Positions 34,891 to 47,780 are shown, counted from the whole stretch's first letter. The stretch: DNA of 60,362 nucleotides, filler included, from Hausera hauseri (GCA_046269625.1; 12 parts of 12 records of this genome joined end to end with filler, not necessarily neighbours in it); one strand, 5' to 3'. Notes: a model not told the origin generated them from the letters alone. Translations and numbers: made by a program.

Positions 34891-37800
34891 TGTCGAAATA
34901 TCTGCCCAACCCATGCTCTCTGATGAAGATCTTAGTAAGATCGAAATATTAAAACGTTCGAATCCAGGAGCATTATTGTCCTCTAAAAGGCATTTATGCA
35001 TAATTCAATAACAACTTTACATGTTTTTCGTGAAGAATCCTACTGATAACTTATATTTTATACTAACAGGCTTGGACAATGCTTTAACAAATAACAGCAT
35101 CCAATATAAAGCTGATTAAATAAATGACATAGTCTAAAAAACGTCGTCATTTGTGAGATCACCCTTCTGTTGGTAGTTGCGTAATTACATGTACCTAGAG
35201 TACAACATATTTTGTGTGCGAGGTTCACAAAGATGAGTAGACTCTCGTGTCGAAATATCTGCCCAACCCATGCTCTCTGATGAAGATCTTAGTAAGATCG
35301 AAATATTAAAACTTTCGAATCCAGCAGCATTATTGTCCTCTTAACGAATTTATGGATAATTTAATAATAATTTTACATGTTGCTCCTAAAGAATCCTATT
35401 GATAACTTATAATTTATACTCTCTGGCTTCGACAAGGCTTTACCAAATAACAGCATCCAATAAAAGGGTGAGTAAATAAATGTCATAGTATAAAAAACGT
35501 CGTCAATTGTGACATCAGCATTATTTTGGTAGTTGGGTACCTACATGTACCTAGAGTACAACATATTTTGTGTGCCAGGTTCAAAAAGAAGTGTGGACAC
35601 GCGTGTCGAAATATCTGCCCAATCCATGCTCTCTGATGAAGATCTTAATAATATAGAAATATTAAAACAATCAAATCCATCAGCATTATTGATCTCTGTA
35701 AGGCATTTATGAATAATTTTATAATAACTTTACATGTTGTTCCAAAAGAATCCTACTGATAACGTATATCTTATACTAACTGGCTTGGACAAGGTTTGAC
35801 CAAATAAGAGCGTCCAATAAATGCTGATTAAATAAATGACATAGTCAAAAAAGCGTCGACAATTGTGAGATCACCTTTCACTTGGTAGTTGGTACCTACA
35901 TATACCTAGAGTACAACATATTTTGTGTGCGAGGTTCATAAAGTTGAGTAGACACTCGTCTCCAAATATCTACCCAACCCATGCTCTCTGATGAAGATCT
36001 TAGCAAAATCGAAATATTAAAACATTCGAATCCAGCAGTATTATTGTGCTCTAAAAGGTATTTATGTATAAAATAATAATAACTTTACATGTTGCTCTTA
36101 TAGAATCCTACTGATAATTTATAACTTATACGAACTGGCTTGGACAATGCTTTAAAAAATAATAGCATCCAATAAAAAGCTGATTAAATAAATGACATAG
36201 TCTAAAAAAGGTCGTCATTTGTGAGACCACCTTTGTGTTGGTAGTTGGTTAATTACATGTACATAGAGTACAACATATTTTGTGTGCGAGGTTCACAAAG
36301 ATGAGTAGACACTCGTGTCGAAATATCTGGCCAACCCATGTTCTCTGATGAAGGTCTTAGTAAAATCGAAATATTAAAACGTTCGAATCCAGCAGCATTA
36401 TTGTTCTATATAAGGCATTTATGCATAAGTTAATGATAACTTTACATGTTGCTCCTAAGGAATCCTACTAATAACTTATAACTTATACTAACTGGCTTCG
36501 ACAAGGCTTTAACAAACTACAGCATCCAATAAAAGGCTGATTAAATAAATGATGTAGTCTAACAATTGTCTTCAATTGTGACATCACTTTTCTGTTGGTA
36601 GTTGGGTACCTACATGTACCTAGAGTACAACATATTTTGTGTGCGAGGTTCACAAGGATGAGTAGACACTCGTGTCAAAATATCTTCCCAACTTATGCTT
36701 TCTGATGAAGATGTTAGTAAGATCGAAATATTAAAACGTTCGAATCCAGTTGGATTATTGTGCTGTAAAATGCATTTATGAATAATTAGTAAAATTTTTA
36801 CATGTTGCTCCTAAAGAATCCTACTGATAACTTATAACTTATACTAACTGGTTAGGACAAGGCTTTACCAAATAAGAGCGTCCAAGTAAAAGCTGGTTAA
36901 ATAAATGATATAGTCTAGAAAACGTCGCCAATTGTGATATCACCTTTTTTTTGGTAGTTGAATACCTACATATACCTAGAGTACAACATATTTTGTGTGC
37001 GAGGTTCGTAAAGTTGAGTAGACACTCGTGTCGAAATATCTACTCAACCCATGCTCTCTTATGAAGATCTTAGTTAAATCAAAATATTAAAACGTTCGAA
37101 TCCTGCACCATTATTGTCCTATAGAGGGCATTTATAAATAATTTCATAATAATTTTACATGTTGCTCCTAAAGAATCCTACTGATAACTTATAACTTATA
37201 CTAGCTGGCTTCGACAAGGCTTCATCAAATAAAAGTATCCAATATAAAGCTGATTAAATAAATTGCATAGTCTAAAACGTCGTCATTTTTGAGATCACAT
37301 TTCTATTGGTAGTTGGGTACATAAATATACCTAGAGTACAACATATTTTTTGTGCGAGGTTCAAAAAGATGAGTCGACACTCGTGTCGAAATATCTGCCC
37401 AACCCATGCTCTCTGATGAAGATCTTAGTAAGATCGAAATATTAAAACTTTCGAATCCAGCAGCATTATTGTCCTCTTAACGAATTTATGGATAATTTAA
37501 TAATAATTTTACATGTTGCTCCTAAAGAATCCTATTGATAACTTATAATTTATACTCTCTGGCTTCGACAAGGCTTTACCAAATAACAGCATCCAATAAA
37601 AGGGTGAGTAAATAAATGTCATAGTATAAAAAACGTCGTCAATTGTGACATCAGCATTATTTTGGTAGTTGGGTACCTACATGTACCTAGAGTACAACAT
37701 ATTTTGTGTGCCAGGTTCAAAAAGAAGTGTGGACACGCGTGTCGAAATATCTGCCCAATCCATGCTCTCTGATGAAGATCTTAATAATATAGAAATATTA

Positions 37801-39558
37801 AAACAATCAAATCCATCAGCATTATTGATCTCTGTAAGGCATTTATGAATAATTTTATAATAACTTTACATGTTGTTCCAAAAGAATCCTACTGATAACG
37901 TATATCTTATACTAACTGGCTTGGACAAGGTTTGACCAAATAAGAGCGTCCAATAAATGCTGATTAAATAAATGACATAGTCAAAAAAGCGTCGACAATT
38001 GTGAGATCACCTTTCACTTGGTAGTTGGTACCTACATATACCTAGAGTACAACATATTTTGTGTGCGAGGTTCATAAAGTTGAGTAGACACTCGTCTCCA
38101 AATATCTACCCAACCCATGCTCTCTGATGAAGATCTTAGCAAAATCGAAATATTAAAACATTCGAATCCAGCAGTATTATTGTGCTCTAAAAGGTATTTA
38201 TGTATAAAATAATAATAACTTTACATGTTGCTCTTATAGAATCCTACTGATAATTTATAACTTATACGAACTGGCTTGGACAATGCTTTAAAAAATAATA
38301 GCATCCAATAAAAAGCTGATTAAATAAATGACATAGTCTAAAAAAGGTCGTCATTTGTGAGACCACCTTTGTGTTGGTAGTTGGTTAATTACATGTACAT
38401 AGAGTACAACATATTTTGTGTGCGAGGTTCACAAAGATGAGTAGACACTCGTGTCGAAATATCTGGCCAACCCATGTTCTCTGATGAAGGTCTTAGTAAA
38501 ATCGAAATATTAAAACGTTCGAATCCAGCAGCATTATTGTTCTATATAAGGCATTTATGCATAAGTTAATGATAACTTTACATGTTGCTCCTAAGGAATC
38601 CTACTGATAACTTATAACTTATACTAACTGGCTTCGACAAGGCTTAATAAAACGCTGACTAAATAAATGACATAGTCTAAAAAATGTAGTCAATAGTGAG
38701 ATCACATTTCTGTTGGTAGTTGGGTACCTAAATATACCTAGAGTACGACATGTATTTTGTGCGAGGTTCAAAAAGTTGTTTGGACACGCGTGTCTAAATA
38801 CCTGCCAAACCCATGCGCTCTGATGAAGATCTTAGTAAGATAGAAATATTAAAACGTTTGAATCCAGCAACATTATTGTCCTCTATAATGCATTTATGTA
38901 CAATTAGTAAAAGTTTTACATGTTGCTCCTACAGATTCCTACTGATAATTTATAACTTATACGAACTGGTTTGGACAAGGCTTTACCAAATAACAGCATC
39001 CAATAAAATCTGATAGAATAAATGACATAGTCTAAAACGTCGCTATTTGTGAGATCACATTTCTATTCGTAGTAGGGTACCTAAATATACATAGAGTAAA
39101 ACATATTTTGTGTGCGAGGTGCAAAAAGATGTGTAGACACTCGTGTCGAAATATCTGCCCAACCCATGCTCTCTGATGAAAATCATAATATGATCGAAAT
39201 ATTGGAACGTTCCAATGCAGCAGTATTATTATCCTCTAAAATGCATTTATGAATCATTTAATAATAACTTTACATGTTGCTCCTAAAGAATCCTACTGAT
39301 AACTTATAAATTACACTAACTAGCTTGGACAAGGCTTTGCCAATTCACAGCATCCAATAAAATGCTGATTAAATTAATGACATAGTCTAAAACACCTTGT
39401 CAAATGTGAGACCACCTTTCTTTTGGTAGTTGAATACCTACATATACCTAGAGTATAACATATTCTGTGTGCGAGGTTCACAAAGATGAGTAGACACTCG
39501 TGTCGAAATATCTGCCCAACCCATGCTCTCTGATGAAGATCTTAGTAAGATCGAAATA
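34891..39558 (+). repeat. Tandem satellite, ~356-bp monomer, ~13 copies, filling the whole contig
   Basis: Monomer starts near 34891, 35248, 35604, 35959, 36316, 36673, 37029, 37384, 37740, 38095, 38452, 38791, 39144 and 39501. Confidence 0.98.
34913..34957 (+). ncRNA. Minimal type I hammerhead-ribozyme-like motif, recurring once per satellite monomer
   Basis: CTGATGA-A-[GATCTT agt AAGATC]-GAAA-TATT; imperfect stem I between ATGCTCT and AAAACGT. Confidence 0.6.
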
Positions 39559-39658
39559 NNNNNNNNNNNNNNNNNNNNNNNNNNNNNNNNNNNNNNNNNN
39601 NNTTAATTAATTAANNNNNNNNNNNNNNNNNNNNNNNNNNNNNNNNNNNNNNNNNNNN

Positions 39659-42600
39659 GCCGGTGTACCGTGGCTGAAAACCGACCGGAGTTTGGTTTTT
39701 TAACCAAACGAATTTAGCTGTGTAAAGGTCGTTAGAAATGTATGGTCGATTGCCATGTAGAACTCTACAAAAGCGTCTTTGTTAATGGCAACACAATGTT
39801 CCTGGGCCGCCCGAATTGTTCCATCAGTAGGTGAGTTGTCCTGCTCAGTTAACTCGAAAAGGGCACGTAGTGGTGTGCCAAATAGGGCTTCCGACGAGGA
39901 GCAACCGGTTGATGTGGATGGGGTGTTTCGCCATCCGAGTAAGATAAAAGGTAGAAGGTTTACCCAATGGGGGTTATGTTCAGCTAAGATTCTGAGAGAG
40001 GTTTTCATTGTACGATGAAAACGCTCTAAAAAGCCGTTCTACCGGGGATGGTAGGGTGTTGTGTTGATGTGAGATATGCCCAGTCGATTGACTAGTGATT
40101 TAAAGAGACTCGACTCGAATTGGGGGCCTTGGTCGGTGATGATGTGTTTGGGTGAGCCGACTCGGCTGAGCCATACACGTATGAAGGCGTCAGCTATGGA
40201 CTCAGTGTTTGTGGATCGAAGTGGAACTGCTTCTGACCATCTAGACAAACGGTCCATTATTGTGAGGATAAATTGGTGACCGTTGTCTGGTGGAAGAGGG
40301 CCGACGATATCAAGATGGACAGTATCAAAGCGTGACGTACAGGGAAAATGATAAAATGGCGGCTTTAGGTGTTTAGTGATGTTGAATTTTAGGCATGCCG
40401 CACACTCCTTAACCCATGCCTGTACGTTTGTTTTCATTGATGGCCATGTAACGTGGCGTTTTAAGAGGAGGTATGTGGCCTTATATCCTGGATAGTGTAA
40501 GGCATGAATATTTGTAAAGGCTATTCTTTAGAAAAAAAAACTAGTATTATTTTAGGTCATCCAGGGTCGGTGGTATCGAAGGCCACGCCATCAGTGATTT
40601 TGACTAATTTATAGGAAGTGAGAGTTTCATCATCCGGTTGATTCCGTTGAAGCGCCTCGTTGTCTAAAATTGGTTTAAATGTTATCGAGTCAACTGAACG
40701 TGACGAAAAATCAGCTACAACGTTGTCTGTGCCATTTATATGTTTTATGGTAAAATTGATAGTTGACAAATAGGATATATGTCTTTCCTGACGTTGAAAA
40801 GGAGATTTCATGGTGAAAATATGTAGCAGCGGCTTATGGTCTGTTTGGATTGTGAAGGTGCGTGGTATTAAGAGATGTTTGAAATGCTTAACTGCGAGGA
40901 CCATTGCGAAAAGTTCTCTATAGAAGGTAGAGTACTTTTGTTCTGTTGTAGTAAACTTTCTAGAAAAGAACTCTAAAGGTTGATGAGCGTTGTTTTTAAA
41001 TTGCTGGAGTACTGCGCCTGCAGCGATAGTTGATGCGTCCTTTGTAAGAAAAAGTTCTGATGTAGAATCTGGATAGGCTAATATTTCTTCTGTTTTGAGA
41101 TTTGTTTTTAGGTGTTCAAAAGCATTAACAAGGTCAGGTGTCCAAATAATGGGTTGTTTCTTTTGACCAAAACTTAAGTCAATTAAAATATCATCGATGT
41201 AGGGACATGCGAAGTCTAAGTCTGCGAGGATGGTGTCTATATGCCTCTGAAAGGTTTGGGCTGCACTGCGCAAGCCAAGTGGCATGTATAAATATTCAAA
41301 AAATCCGAAAGGAGTTGTTACTGCCGTTTTTGGAATGTTTGCTGGTGCTACAGAGATTTGGTGATATGCCTTATGGAGATCGATATTTGATAAAATGGTG
41401 GAGCCGTGAAGTTTACGTAGGATGTCATTAATTAGAGGCAAAGGGTAGGCGTCCATGGTTGTGATCTGATTCAATTGCCTGTAGTCACCGCATGGGCGAA
41501 AAGATCCGTCCTTTTTTGGGACAACATGTAATGGCGACGCCCATGGAGGCTTTGATCTTCTGATTATGCCTAAGCGTTGTAGTTCTGAAAATTCGGCTTC
41601 GACTGCGTGTCTGCGACGTGGGGATAATGGTCGTACTTTTTGTCGTATGGGTCTCTCGTGTTCTGTGACAATATGATGAAAAGTGTGCATGGCTGGTTTA
41701 AAAGCTTTGTCTTTCTGCAACAAACGAGTGCAAGAAGAAAATTCATTGGATTGCAACTCCAGTGAAAGTGATGATAACATGGTTAACGGTGATGCTGATG
41801 TTGCAATTTACTTAGCGTCAGTTAGGGAAAAAGTTGTACTATCAAAACTAGTTGGAATTTGGTGCAATATTGTGGAATTGAACATGGTGTTGCGAGCGGT
41901 TTTGTTAGCAAAAGGCGTCAAAGAGTTGGCATTATCATATTTGTCAAATGTATTATAGTAGTCTCTAAATAAGGGATGATTATAATAATACTTTAAATCA
42001 ATATGTGATTTTTTAAGAGCAGGTTTACGACCAGTGATCGTCCGCTCAATCGCCGAAATGATATTCACGGTATTAAGTTGTTCAAATTGGTTTGAGTTAA
42101 TAAAGCAACAGCGTCTACAGTCCACCAGTAATTGGTAATGGAACAGGAAATCTGATCCCAATATAGGTGTTTGGACATTGGCAACTGTAAATATCTAATT
42201 GTATGTGCTTTTGTTATGTGGTAATGTAGAGGTGATATTTGTAGTGCCGAATACGTTTAATTCTGCCCCTGATGCAGTGAATAATTTTTTGTGTAAATGT
42301 GTTTTGTTATGTACCTTATATTCAGGAGGAAGCAGAGAGACAGCTGCTCCAGTGTCTACGAGGAAGTTGATGTTATGTTTTATTGGAGTAACGACAGTTG
42401 CCTCCAAAGCAAAAACTGCAAATGTTGTGTTTCGGCTGCAATTTTGTAATGTGGACAATTTGCTAGAGGTGGCCGATGACTCTAGCGGCTTCAATAGTTT
42501 TCTTGTTGTGTTTGGTGTTGTTTGTTAGTTGCGGGTTGCCTAAATTTATTTGTGTTAAAATTGCAGCCTAGTAAACATTTTATGGCCTTATTGTTGAATT

Positions 42601-43918
42601 TAGAATGGTATATGCAAATTTTGTTGCTTGATTTGAATTTTGGTTCAAAAAAATTGCACCCGATGCAACATTTGTGTGAATTATTTTTAAAATTGGTATG
42701 ATAATAACAAATTGACAATTGTACGGGCAATTGCGATCGTCTGTTGCACAGTGGGTGTCTGTCAGAATGGGCGGCACCAGGGAAATTTTGTTTTGAGAAA
42801 GTAAATTGGTTGTTGGTAAATATGCTGTTGATGGTTTCTAACAGCTCTTTGTTGTCGGCTTTTAATTGAGTTATTTGTTCATGAAATATGTTTTGTTGTA
42901 TATCATATGGTGTGATGGTAGTAGAGATAAGTGGGGGGAGTGTGCATTTGCAATAATTCATATGATTTGTCAGCTAATTCAGTTAATTTATTAAGGTCTA
43001 ATGACTCTTCAAACACGGTTAACGGACCCTTAATTCGTGAGGGTAGAGCATGGAAAAAATACCGTCTTAAAAGATCTGCGTTGTGTTTCTGTGTTACTCC
43101 GAGTGCTTTCAAGTTATTTAGAGCTATTTCTAAGAATTGGGAGGGCTTTTGATTGCCTAGGGTGTTTTCATTAAAGTAGCATTGAATAATAGAATCTAAA
43201 GAAGGCTCTATAAGATTAAGGACAGCGTTGTATAGCTCCTTGTAAGGATCAGGATGTTCAAAGAGTTGTAGAAGATTGGATATTCGAGTTTTAATTAAAT
43301 TTGGTAGATAGTAGAACAGACTATGGGCCTTTGGAAGAGATTCGGTGTGTTTGCATATTGCAGCCAAAGGTAATGAAATTGAAGCCAGGTTTGGCTTGAG
43401 TTCTGACTGTCGATAAAGAATTCAGTACCGTTGTGGCTGAAAGGGAGGCCGTGAGGTGTGACTGTACCGGCGCAACGTAATATAGGAATAGACTTTGGCT
43501 TTTCAGTGGTATTGATCAAAGGTGGCGAATTCATGCCGCCAAGAATTTTGAAATTGATTTGAATGAGAAAGGAAGTCTGTCGGAAAAGGAGAAGATCATA
43601 AAAGTTGTGGATGATAAGGCCATTGTAAGATAAGAAAAAGTTAGAAGTGCCTAAAAGGTTAGCAAGGTGGTGGTAGATTCATGTTGTGTGTAGTGTGTCT
43701 GTCCACGGATATGTATATATACTTTTATTATTGAGTAAAAATTGGAGGGAAAGATAGGGGGTTTGGGCGACGGGTGGGCATTGTGGCGCGTAACGCAAAA
43801 GCGCCCGGCGCTCGGACGGCATTGGAGCGACAGCCCGACGCATGGCACTACCTCGCTGGCGTGGCAACCTCTGAGTGGCCGAAGCTCCGTGACCGGGTCC
43901 GGCAGCCGCTCGACAACT
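39659..43918 (-). mobile_element. gag-pol: Decayed Ty3/Gypsy (CsRn1-like): 5' LTR ~43684-43918, gag 43534-42491, PR-RT-RH-IN to the contig end
   Basis: Two CHCC motifs, FLVDTGAAVSLLP, WASPLHVVPKKDG.FRPCGDYR, YIDDIL followed by an internal RT deletion, HLDIVGPLP, TDQGPQFES. Confidence 0.95.
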
Positions 43919-43924
43919 TTTGTA

Positions 43925-44670
43925 GTGGGGAATATTATGAGGGTTGAGCATACCATCGGAAACAAACTGTACCAGTTGAGCGTCACGCGTGGGCAACATT
44001 TGACGAAGTGGTGGAATAACACGTTGCTGCATAACGTGTGCGATTTGACTTGGTGTTCCGTTAATTGTTGGACTTGAAATAACCCAAGCAGCTTGCTTTG
44101 AAGTTTGAAAGTCACTTTTGTGCCAATGATACATTGTAAGCGGTATAAGCTGATAATCGATAACAGCTTGAACTTGTTTTTGAAGGTCGGCAGCAATGTT
44201 TAACAACCCCTGAGCAGCTTCTTTGTTAATTTTAGTTTTAGAATGTTGACGCAGTTGTAGGAGATGAAATGATGTGTCGTAGTTCAATACGTATTGCATT
44301 CGCTCAACAGCACCGGTCACAAAATTGCCGGCTGCTCGCAATGTAGCCGCCTGCATCCTCACGTCCCCGTGTGACGGAACTGGCGCCAAAAATCGAAAGA
44401 TATCAGCACTGATAACCGTCTGTATTGGGTCATTTCTTCCCCCAATTAAATACAGTAATGTCAAAGGGGTATCGATTAAAATTGTGGTATCTGGATTTTG
44501 AATAAGAAAGCGCAGTGCATGTGAAAATTTACTGATAATTGATGGAATAGGGGGCGGTTCTTTGCTATCATAGAGATCGACTATAACCCGTGTCGCGTTT
44601 TGTAAAAACGTTGTTGGTAAGTCCGTGTTTAAGAATTTCGATAATGGGCGGAGAACGGCCGGACCAAAAT
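43925..44670 (-). pseudogene. KPNA: Importin-alpha (alpha3/KPNA3-4-like) ARM-repeat fragment, intronless and degenerate
   Basis: SKEPPP, ILIDT..L.YL..G.N..IQ.VI, LRAAGNFVTG, INKEAA..L.NIAA...QVQAVID, DFQTSKQAAWVIS, DAQLVQFV.DG..N. Confidence 0.88.
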
Positions 44671-44699
44671 ACAAAAACACACGGAGGTGAATGAGGGTA

Positions 44700-45341
44700 C
44701 GTGCAAAATTATGTATTGTCAAATAGTGATATAACGGGTTGTAAAGAGGTGTATTGACAAATTCATAATTAAAATAATCGCACTGTAAGTTACAACTTCT
44801 TTGGAGAAAAGAGCAATCCATTTTCTGTAACGACAGCGAAAAATTCCCACACTTTGGTGGGGTATTACGGTAGTGGATAGTATAATCCTGACACCAAATG
44901 TTGGTTACGTCGTGTCCTTCTTTTAAGGAATCAAAAGTTAGTGAAAACACATCAATCCACTTGACACAATAAATAACAACGAGAAATACTCCATTGCACA
45001 TTGAATAACCTAAATTTATAATTTCCTCATTCAATATATGGTTTAGAAAAAAGGTAGATAGAATAAGCATTCAAATTAAAAGTAAATATCTGGAATGGAT
45101 TATTAGCTTTTGCAGAAAACAAAGCTTCGACTTTGTCATCATATCTAAATTCATACATCATACATGCATAATCGTAATAAAAGTCATCCGGCAAGTTATT
45201 TTTAAATTGATCATCGTTGAGTCCAAAATGAAACTTTGCAAATGACACAATAACCAACATCTCAATATCTGACTTTGTATATTTAATTTTGTAACTGAGC
45301 CTTTTCAACTTTTTTGCTAGTTTTGCTACGCGTAAATACAT
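44700..45341 (-). pseudogene. Degenerate host-gene fragment, weakly TAF1B/Rrn7-like
   Basis: LVIVSFAKFHFGLND resembles a TAF1B IIVxLKLLFxLDD motif; this single motif is the only support. Confidence 0.25.
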
Positions 45342-45569
45342 TCAAATCTAAAATCCAACTGAAGATATAGAATAGAATAGACAAAATGTCTAATAAATTG
45401 ATTTATTGTTTTTTTTGTATTTACATAACACGGTGTGTAATATCGTCATAATATCTAAACAAAAAATATATACATATTAGATGGACAACTAAATCCGGCA
45501 AAGTTGTGACAGCAAACCGACATAAAAATATAAAAAAATAAGATATGTATCTGAACGCGATTTGGCAAA

Positions 45570-46050
45570 AAAACAACAAAATTATCAATCTGTAAAATGG
45601 CGAATATCAATGTTTTTACGGGTTTTGATTAAGTTAATGGACAACTAGGACATAAATATTCCTGCTTGATATGTCACTTAGAGCCATCGATATTGATCGT
45701 CTGATGATAAGATTTTGATGGAATGAACGATAATTCAAATAGACCTTGATTGATAAGATATTCGACTAAATAAACTAATCCCAGTGGGATTGTGCGATAC
45801 AGGAAATTACGAATAAGATAAAGTTTTGTCATGAAAGGTGGCTCGATTTGATGCGAACGATCTGGCATTAAAACAGATTTATGGAAGTTGTTATCATTGG
45901 ATAATAATTGATAATTTGTTGAATAAGTCCACCTGAATGAGTCATCGTGAGGTTTTGTCAATACAGCATAATATGAAATGGCAATTCTTTAGCGATTTCG
46001 ATTGATAATGTTCGATTTTTACTATCGATAAGAAACATGTCTCCAAACAA
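45570..46050 (-). pseudogene. CLN3: Battenin/CLN3 fragment, intronless and disrupted
   Basis: IPLGLVYLVEYLINQGLFEL, then after a frameshift LSSDDQYRWL*VTYQAGIFMS. Confidence 0.85.
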
Positions 46051-46099
46051 ACGATTTTTAAAGCAGAATTCTTCGAATTTTGTGTCATTTGTTCATATT

Positions 46100-46236
46100 C
46101 AGGACTGTGCGGCAACAGGACCCGGCTTAAGAGACCGGTACGGTTCGAGGCTTGAAACGCCATTAAAGCGACGACATGCGCCCGACGTCACCCGGCCATG
46201 CGGCTGCGGGGCGCGCAAAAGGTGGACACCACAACT
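46100..46236 (-). mobile_element. GC-rich LTR-like fragment related to the LTR at 43684-43918
   Basis: Both begin AGTTGT on the minus strand and share a CATT..AGCGAC..GCCCGACG segment. Confidence 0.4.
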
Positions 46237-46694
46237 TGTAAATATTACAATAACAAAAGAAACGAAAATAAAAAACACACGAACTAAAAATAATTGACTA
46301 ATTTAAAAAAAACCAAAGTCTACATGAAAAAGTACTGTGATTACATGCCAGTATGTTTCCATAATAAGGTCAATTTTAGTAAATGCCCCTAATGTATTTC
46401 ATATTACGGAATATATNNNNNNNNNNNNNNNNNNNNNNNNNNNNNNNNNNNNNNNNNNNNTTAATTAATTAANNNNNNNNNNNNNNNNNNNNNNNNNNNN
46501 NNNNNNNNNNNNNNNNGAGAGCAGCAGGTGATTTTGGATTTAAATAAGATTTAGCGTCAATAGCATTGGTGGCAGCAACAACAACAGATTGCAGCTCTAT
46601 AGAAAATCTAATTATTGTGTTAAATCAATTGTACATTCACCGATTGTACGACACAAATTATGTTGATACTGTTTAAAACGTACGCGGTGAATTA

Positions 46695-46892
46695 ATGAAC
46701 TTGAAAGAGAAAATAATGGACAAAGTACGAGATTGTCAGTTTATATGTGTACTATGTAAACAGAGAAAAGTGGATACGGTATTCTTAATATGCGGCCATC
46801 TCGTCTGTCAAATGAGTTCAACCATCAAAGTAACAAACCAATGTGCAGAATGTAAATGTGCTATAATGGAAATTGTACACATTTATTACTAA
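46695..46892 (+). CDS. IAP-type RING finger small protein (Polinton accessory), probably degenerate
   Basis: CVLC..RKVDTVFLICGHLVC..S...CAEC...I...VHIYY; one ligand Cys is replaced by Ser. Confidence 0.75.
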   Translation: MNLKEKIMDKVRDCQFICVLCKQRKVDTVFLICGHLVCQMSSTIKVTNQCAECKCAIMEIVHIYY

Positions 46893-47066
46893 TGACTTCT
46901 TCAATAACGGAACATGGGCTTAAATGACGTGGACGTAATTTGTATCATTGTGATGAGACAATACTCACAAAGTAAATGCCTATTGTTTACAATGAAAACA
47001 AACCGGTGTGAACAAATTTGATATAAATATGGATGCTATTTCATTTCATGTTTGTCTTATTTAAAA

Positions 47067-47451
47067 ATGTCTTTTAAAAATAATTGAGCAGGTGACAGTT
47101 CCGCGGGTTTCAAAAAATCCAAGGTACAGCGAATAATCGCTCAGAAATTCCCGGTTGTATAATGGATACAACTTACGTAATCTGCGCAAAGCTATTCAAT
47201 TGCCATTGACCCAAACGGTCAAAATCAAACCGATGAAATATGGTCTATTGGTGAAAAAGATCAGCGACTATGATTTGGGTACGATGGAAGACACAATTAA
47301 AAAAGTTGACAATGATTTTGGGCTGAGTAGCGATATCCGAGATACATCGTCAATTTTTCTCAAAGGAAATATAGCGAAAATTGTCAGTTCACATGGTGGA
47401 GAAACAGCAGCAGCAGCAGCAGCAAAAGCAGTTTTGCCACCGGAGAGTTAA
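47067..47451 (+). pseudogene. Hypothetical Polinton accessory ORF convergent with polB
   Basis: TATAAATA at ~47022, ATG at 47067, an early stop, then a 98-aa open frame. Confidence 0.35.
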
Positions 47452-47780
47452 AGGCCATCTAACATTGAAGTTAAAAGGATACGAGGATCAGCACGGCGTT
47501 AAATCATCAATATGGATGCTGGGAAAGTTTACGCTGATTTAACTTACTTTGTTTTTGATTTAAGCTTATTATTAACAAATTTTATTGATTTTGTTTTTTT
47601 ATATTGTTTCTGGTCACATTAAATTAAATATATAAATATATATAGATAAATTAAATGATGAAACAAAAAGCAAAAACAACGAACAATATACATTATTTAT
47701 ACAAAACAAACAGATCACAATGAATTATCACAGTAATTTGATCTGTCTGTCTGCACCGAATTCTGCATACGTGTGCGTGT

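Noticed and set aside
34891-39558. CRISPR array or coding repeat (ORF 38813-39013)
   Set aside because: The whole 356-bp unit repeats with no unique spacers, the context is eukaryotic, and the ORF is not open in other monomers.
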